A stretch of DNA of 64,000 nt from contig JALWXN010000004.1 of assembly GCA_027078545.1 (NCBI GenBank), forward strand, positions 1,056,001 to 1,120,000. Reading direction: 5' to 3'. Shown piece by piece: positions 59,418-64,000 of this stretch. Source of the stretch: Nitrososphaeria archaeon. Lineage in GTDB: Archaea > Thermoproteota > Nitrososphaeria > Geothermarchaeales > JDFR-13. A program made the translations under genes and the position numbers. Within the stretch, counting starts at the first letter, position 1; each line of letters starts with the position of its first letter. The notes under the pieces are model-generated. The model had not been told where the DNA came from. It saw only the letters and a list, made by a program, of their open reading frames with translations, and made no database searches.

Positions 59418-60197
59418 CTAGACACAACCCCCCGACCCACCACCATAGAGCTCCTCGAATAGAGAGTGGCTAACTATCCTCCTAACCCTATACCCATCCC
59501 TAAGGAGACTATTCAGAGCCTCTACAGAGTCTAGGCTAAGAAGGCCATCAGGACCCTCTACCTCCACAGTCAGGCCGGGCCTATAATCCCTGATACACCT
59601 CACAACCCGGCCATCAACAAGGAAGACCACATCCCTAGGGCGGAGGTTAGCCGCCTCATGGGTAGAAACCACGATAGTCTTCTCCCTACCCTCCCTATTC
59701 AACAGCTCCCCCACGAGGAGCTTACTCGGATAGTCCAGCGATGAGAAGGGCTCGTCGATAAGGTATAGATCGGCAGGCTTAGCTAGACAGGAGAGCAGTA
59801 TAAACTTCCTCCTATTACCACTCGACAACATGGAGTAGCTATGCCCCAAGTAGCCATCGAGACCCAGCTCCTCCGCAAGCCTATACCCCTCATCACCCAG
59901 ATACTCAACCACATCCCGAAGAACAGTATGGGGTGGGAACTGTGTATTCTCAAGGCAGAAGGACACCCGCCTCAACACCTCCCGAGAATCACGTATAGGA
60001 TCCATCCCGAGAACCCTGACCACCCCCCTAAGAGGCTTAAGGACACCCGTCAATAGATGTATAAGCGTAGTCTTACCACTCCCATTGGGCCCAACAAGTA
60101 GGGTAAGCCCACTACGTAGATACAGCCACTCGATACTAAGGATGAACCTCCGCCTATACTCAAAGACTAGCCCCTTGATCTCGACAACCCTCTCCAT
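59418..60197 (-). CDS. ABC exporter ATP-binding subunit
   Basis: GPNGSGKTT, LSSGN, IDEPF, STH. Confidence 0.9.
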   Translation of the reverse strand: MERVVEIKGLVFEYRRRFILSIEWLYLRSGLTLLVGPNGSGKTTLIHLLTGVLKPLRGVVRVLGMDPIRDSREVLRRVSFCLENTQFPPHTVLRDVVEYLGDEGYRLAEELGLDGYLGHSYSMLSSGNRRKFILLSCLAKPADLYLIDEPFSSLDYPSKLLVGELLNREGREKTIVVSTHEAANLRPRDVVFLVDGRVVRCIRDYRPGLTVEVEGPDGLLSLDSVEALNSLLRDGYRVRRIVSHSLFEELYGGGSGGCV

Positions 60198-60655
60198 CCA
60201 CCCACACCCAACAATGAAAGGAGAAGGCCCAGGACGATGAAGACCAGGATATATAGGGACACATCACCATCTATACGCTCAATACCAACCCTGAGACGCT
60301 CCCCAGGATCCAGCAGAGCAGATACCCTATAGAAGTATCCGCTGAGGAAAACCTCCCCTAAGCCATCGACCACGAAGAACTCCCGATCATCATAGATATA
60401 CACCTCCCCATCCCCATACACACTTACCAGATAGTTACCCGGGAAGACAGGGATCCCTATCGACACCATCAAGTATATATTCTCCCTATTAGGGAGAGGA
60501 TCGAAACCCGGGACGAGGCCGATAGTCGTATCCACAGCACTTCTATAGACCCCGCTGAGGACCCTAGCCCCCTGCTCCGTATACAGCGTGGTGAGTAGTA
60601 GTATACCCACCAGCAGAATGGCAAGCCCAATAGATAGGGTTGTGAAACTCCTCAT
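60167..60655 (-). CDS. Membrane protein (TM - beta-rich ectodomain - TM)
   Basis: Hydrophobic segments at both ends; overlaps neighbours on both sides. Confidence 0.75.
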   Translation of the reverse strand: MRSFTTLSIGLAILLVGILLLTTLYTEQGARVLSGVYRSAVDTTIGLVPGFDPLPNRENIYLMVSIGIPVFPGNYLVSVYGDGEVYIYDDREFFVVDGLGEVFLSGYFYRVSALLDPGERLRVGIERIDGDVSLYILVFIVLGLLLSLLGVGGWRGLSRSRG

Positions 60656-61476
60656 AACGACCGCCCCCGAACAAAGAGGTAGAACCCAATAAGACCAAGC
60701 AATAGGTAGAAGAGGAGTGAGAGGACAACATCCTCTATAGACACTAGCTCGGCATACTCCTCGATAAGGCTGTAGAGGAGGAGGGTATCCGGGCTAAGTA
60801 GGGAGAGGGGATTCTCCGGGTCTAGAGGCTTTATCAATGTGAAGGGTAGTATGGAGAGCATGGAGATCTCGACACTCCTCGTCACCATGCCCAGGAATAG
60901 GCCCAGCAGGTGATAAGCGATATAGCCTATAGACATTGCTAGGTAGATGTATAGGAGGATTGGGAGGAACGGTGTACCAGCCCTCACATGGTAGACCCCG
61001 ATCCCCGCAACAATGATGGTTATCAGGGCCAGTGCATAGAGGATGGAGGCAGCCATATGTAGAAGCAGAAGCCTACCCCTGGAATATCCGGAGAGGTTCA
61101 TCAACATGGTGTAGTGACCCCTGAAAACAGGGTCGTAAACAAAGATATAGGAGATAAGGACCCACATGAAACCGAGGAGTATGAAGACATCGCTATACAC
61201 GAGATAGGCTACCCCAGGAGCCACCCTCTCGAGGAGGATAGACCCATTCACAGCCTCTGAAAGACCCCTACTCAGAGTATCCAGATCCCGTATACTAAGG
61301 TTCGCCAGAACCTCCTCGAAAACCACGCTAGAACCACCAGTCCTATAACCCCTATAGAACATGTCCAACCTATCGAAGAAACCGTTAACCATCATCAACA
61401 CTACGAGTGGGACGAGGAGAACCACTATATAGACGAGATACCTATGAGCTCTAAACTGAAGCTCCACAGTCTTCAT
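60652..61476 (-). CDS. Divergent ABC-2 type permease
   Basis: About 6 TM segments; G....L...GYSRGRLLL corresponds to the ABC-2 cytoplasmic loop; in an operon with the ATPase. Confidence 0.75.
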   Translation of the reverse strand: MKTVELQFRAHRYLVYIVVLLVPLVVLMMVNGFFDRLDMFYRGYRTGGSSVVFEEVLANLSIRDLDTLSRGLSEAVNGSILLERVAPGVAYLVYSDVFILLGFMWVLISYIFVYDPVFRGHYTMLMNLSGYSRGRLLLLHMAASILYALALITIIVAGIGVYHVRAGTPFLPILLYIYLAMSIGYIAYHLLGLFLGMVTRSVEISMLSILPFTLIKPLDPENPLSLLSPDTLLLYSLIEEYAELVSIEDVVLSLLFYLLLGLIGFYLFVRGRSL

Positions 61477-62348
61477 AATCCCACCCTCCTAACCATGACC
61501 ACCAGTGCAACGATAGCAGCGAGAAGGATTAGAAATAGAACCCCCTCCATAGACAGCTGTGTGGATGCACACCTCTCGATACAGACCGGCTGACCCAGTA
61601 TGAAGTCCCTATACCTACTCACATACTCATTGGAAATCCCCATGGACAGCGACAGGTATCTCAGTGGGGGAAGATCCATCCCGAGAACCCCTGACACATG
61701 GGAAATAAGCATACTATACGACTCATAGGGAAGAACGTTGGCCGGCAACAAGACATCCACCTTAAGAGCCAACCTACCCCTAACCTCCGCCTTGTAAAAC
61801 GCTAGTTTAGAGGCTGTGTTAAACCCTAGATCATCTACTCCAAGATGGGAGACCGCTAGGCCTTCCTTAACCTGGAGCGGTATAGCCTCGAACCCCATAT
61901 AACCCACCATCTTAACAGGCTTATCGGGATATGCCACCGCATATCCGAGATATTCCAGTCTGGATACCCCATCCAACAGATAGTCGAAGGTTACTGGTAT
62001 GTCGAAATAGAATGGGCTGAAGCCTAGGAGCTCATCCCCAGTATAGATATGGTTCTTATAGAGTAGAAGTGAGAACCATAGATCCTTCCCCAGCCCCAGC
62101 CCAATTATCCTGATAGTAAGGTTATGGACATCATTTGGAAGTTTAGAGACCTCCACCACAACTGTCGAGGCTTCGGGAGCCTCGAGGGAATAGAGTACCA
62201 ACCCGCCATCAACACCCTCAAAGACCAGGCCAACATCACTAAGAAGAGAATACTCAATGGTAAGAACCCCACCATCCCCATCCACTGAAAAAGGATGGAT
62301 ACCAATAGGCGGCAAAACCAGGGCTATACCTACTATGACGAACCACAT
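61473..62348 (-). CDS. Secreted/surface protein with C-terminal membrane anchor
   Basis: Signal-like N-terminus MWFVIVGIALVL; C-terminal TM followed by RR. ATG 62348 preferred over GTG 62369. Confidence 0.72.
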   Translation of the reverse strand: MWFVIVGIALVLPPIGIHPFSVDGDGGVLTIEYSLLSDVGLVFEGVDGGLVLYSLEAPEASTVVVEVSKLPNDVHNLTIRIIGLGLGKDLWFSLLLYKNHIYTGDELLGFSPFYFDIPVTFDYLLDGVSRLEYLGYAVAYPDKPVKMVGYMGFEAIPLQVKEGLAVSHLGVDDLGFNTASKLAFYKAEVRGRLALKVDVLLPANVLPYESYSMLISHVSGVLGMDLPPLRYLSLSMGISNEYVSRYRDFILGQPVCIERCASTQLSMEGVLFLILLAAIVALVVMVRRVGL

Positions 62349-62350
62349 TT

Positions 62351-62530
62351 TTAGATGAATATACAACACGACCCCCTCTCCACGGTCCCAGTTAAAGGGA
62401 CGTTGCGAATAGATACGGCCCCTCCATTGCCTGGGCCAAACCTTTGCAACGCATGAACCAGACAGGAATATAAGGTGCTAAATACGATCCTATACATCCA
62501 TAGCCTTGGAGGTGGATTATCCATCAACAT
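62351..62530 (-). CDS. Possible small protein (59 aa), not in the ORF track
   Basis: Translated by hand: MLMDNPPPRLWMYRIVFSTLYSCLVHALQRFGPGNGGAVSIRNVPLTGTVERGSCCIFI. Its TAA lies 2 nt before ATG 62348, and a T-rich TATA-like tract sits about 25-32 bp upstream. Confidence 0.35.
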   Translation of the reverse strand: MLMDNPPPRLWMYRIVFSTLYSCLVHALQRFGPGNGGAVSIRNVPLTGTVERGSCCIFI

Positions 62531-62663
62531 TATAAATATTAATCAAGCCAAGTTGTAAAAAATATTTCCCAATACATTCTAGTGAAATACTAGGCATCAA
62601 CCTTATCGTAGGTAAAACACTACCAAGGGGATAAAAAAGTTGGGAAGCCTTGAGATAGCCGAG

Positions 62664-63617
62664 CTAGTAGGTGACCCTTGAGATCTTCACCCTCCTACTT
62701 ACCTGGTCTATCCTTAGCCAGTCCTCGTGGGCTAGGCTCCACCCCATAGCCCCTGCGTTATCCCTAGCCTGCTCCGGCCTCTTCGCACCCGGGATGGGTA
62801 GGGTGTTTGGATACGCGTCTAGGAGCCATCGTAGAGCCAGCTGTGCAGGCGTCTTCCCATACTTCCCCGAAAGCTCCTCCAACACCTTGACAACCTCATA
62901 TATCTGCTCCATATTCTCCCTTGTGAATAGGGGCTCCCTAGCCCTCACATCCTGGAACTCTGGGAGGTTCTCAGGTGTATACTTACCCGTCAATGCTCCC
63001 TTCGCGAGTGGGCTCCACGGGATGACGGCTAGGTCGTTCTGCAGGGCATAGGGTATCAGCTCTGCCTCGGCCTCCCTCTCCACGAGGTTATACCTGATCT
63101 GTATCGAGACGATATCGGTCGTTGACAGGCAGTTCCTAGCTGCCTCTACAAGCTCGACCGGGAAGTCGCTCAGACCTATATACCTGATCCTACCCTGTAG
63201 GACTAGCTGCTCAAGGGCACGCATATACTCACATGTGGGTATATTGTGCCAGCAGGGTGGCCAGTGGACCTGCGTAAGGTCGATGACATCGACACCCAGC
63301 CTCCTGAGACTGTTCTGCGTAGCCTTGAATACATCGTCCCTAGCCAGCATCTCCCCAGGGATCTTGGTAGCTATGAAGACCTCATCCCTTATACCCAGCT
63401 CCCTAATCGCCCTCCCGAGGAACTCCTCACTCTTACCCATGCCATAGACGATAGCCGTGTCGAAGAAGTTTATCCCAGCGTCAAAGGCCGCCTCCACAAT
63501 CTTCTTCGCATCCTCATACTCCGTGACCCCCCAGCTCTCACTGAACTGCCACACGCCCAGGCCTATCCTACTGACCTTCTCACCGGTCCAGCCCAGCTCC
63601 ATATACTCGGTAGCCAT
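62664..63617 (-). CDS. Aldo/keto reductase
   Basis: GLGVW, FDTAIVYG, ATK, DLTQVHWP, WSPLAKG, PIPG. Start refined to ATG 63617. Confidence 0.93.
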   Translation of the reverse strand: MATEYMELGWTGEKVSRIGLGVWQFSESWGVTEYEDAKKIVEAAFDAGINFFDTAIVYGMGKSEEFLGRAIRELGIRDEVFIATKIPGEMLARDDVFKATQNSLRRLGVDVIDLTQVHWPPCWHNIPTCEYMRALEQLVLQGRIRYIGLSDFPVELVEAARNCLSTTDIVSIQIRYNLVEREAEAELIPYALQNDLAVIPWSPLAKGALTGKYTPENLPEFQDVRAREPLFTRENMEQIYEVVKVLEELSGKYGKTPAQLALRWLLDAYPNTLPIPGAKRPEQARDNAGAMGWSLAHEDWLRIDQVSRRVKISRVTY

Positions 63618-63725
63618 TACACGACACCTATTCCATTGACTAGCAACAGGATATTTATTAATCGGGCTAGCCACAAACCTGTATATACCACGAGAAATCT
63701 ATCCATATGCACAGAATCTTCAACG

Positions 63726-64000
63726 ATGACGGTAGTAGTGGTCAACCATATAAAGGCTAGGGACAGGGAGAGCTACGACGAGATCATAAAGTTGTTCAGC
63801 ACCAGGAAGAGGCTAGTAGACAAGTTCCCCGGCTTCAAAGGATTCAAACTCCTAGCATCACCCGAGGAGATGGAGATTATGGTCATGACGATATGGGAGA
63901 GCAGGGAGGACTTCAAGAGATGGGTGGAGAGCAGGGAGTTCGAGGAGGGACATAGGAGGACGGGGGAGAGGAGGATAAACGCCGACTCCAGGGGAGTGGT
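63726..64000 (+). CDS. ABM-domain protein, IsdG-like heme monooxygenase (runs off the window end)
   Basis: Translated by hand: MTVVVVNHIK...F..R..LVDKFPGF.GF..L...TIWESREDFKRWVESREFEEGH; not in the ORF track because it has no stop codon in the window. Confidence 0.85.
   Translation, partial: MTVVVVNHIKARDRESYDEIIKLFSTRKRLVDKFPGFKGFKLLASPEEMEIMVMTIWESREDFKRWVESREFEEGHRRTGERRINADSRGV

Noticed and set aside
1-64000. CRISPR arrays, tRNA/rRNA genes, IS elements, integrases
   Set aside because: No regularly spaced direct repeats, cloverleaf-compatible intergenic segments or transposase/integrase motifs were seen by eye.

Overview
64 kb of chromosomal DNA from a thermophilic archaeon, most likely of the TACK/Thermoproteota group. 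The evidence is ribosomal protein L13e, tetraether synthase, geranylgeranyl reductase, a box C/D sRNA, AGG/ATA-rich codon use, and TATA promoters. About 55 tightly packed CDSs cover peptide catabolism (two S9 peptidases, a Dpp/Opp ABC importer, three aminotransferases), membrane lipid synthesis (tes, GGR), a beta-oxidation cluster, guaB, a type IA topoisomerase and two ABC-exporter cassettes. No rRNA, tRNA, CRISPR array or transposase was recognised. Most notable observations: (1) an in-frame fusion of a MoaD/Urm1/SAMP-type ubiquitin-like domain, ending in an internal di-glycine, to an 8-oxoguanine DNA glycosylase (48379-49272); (2) a five-gene, translationally coupled nurA - standalone HAS-barrel - herA - mre11/sbcD - rad50/sbcC operon whose first three genes look like the bacterial type rather than the canonical archaeal one (26020-33317); (3) a four/five-gene ABC export module present twice, each copy with a short ORF upstream of a surface protein; (4) a Sir2 + MYG1-like + SLOG neighbourhood; (5) a box C/D guide RNA missing from the ORF track (20147-20210). 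All family assignments are from motif recognition by eye; no searches were run.
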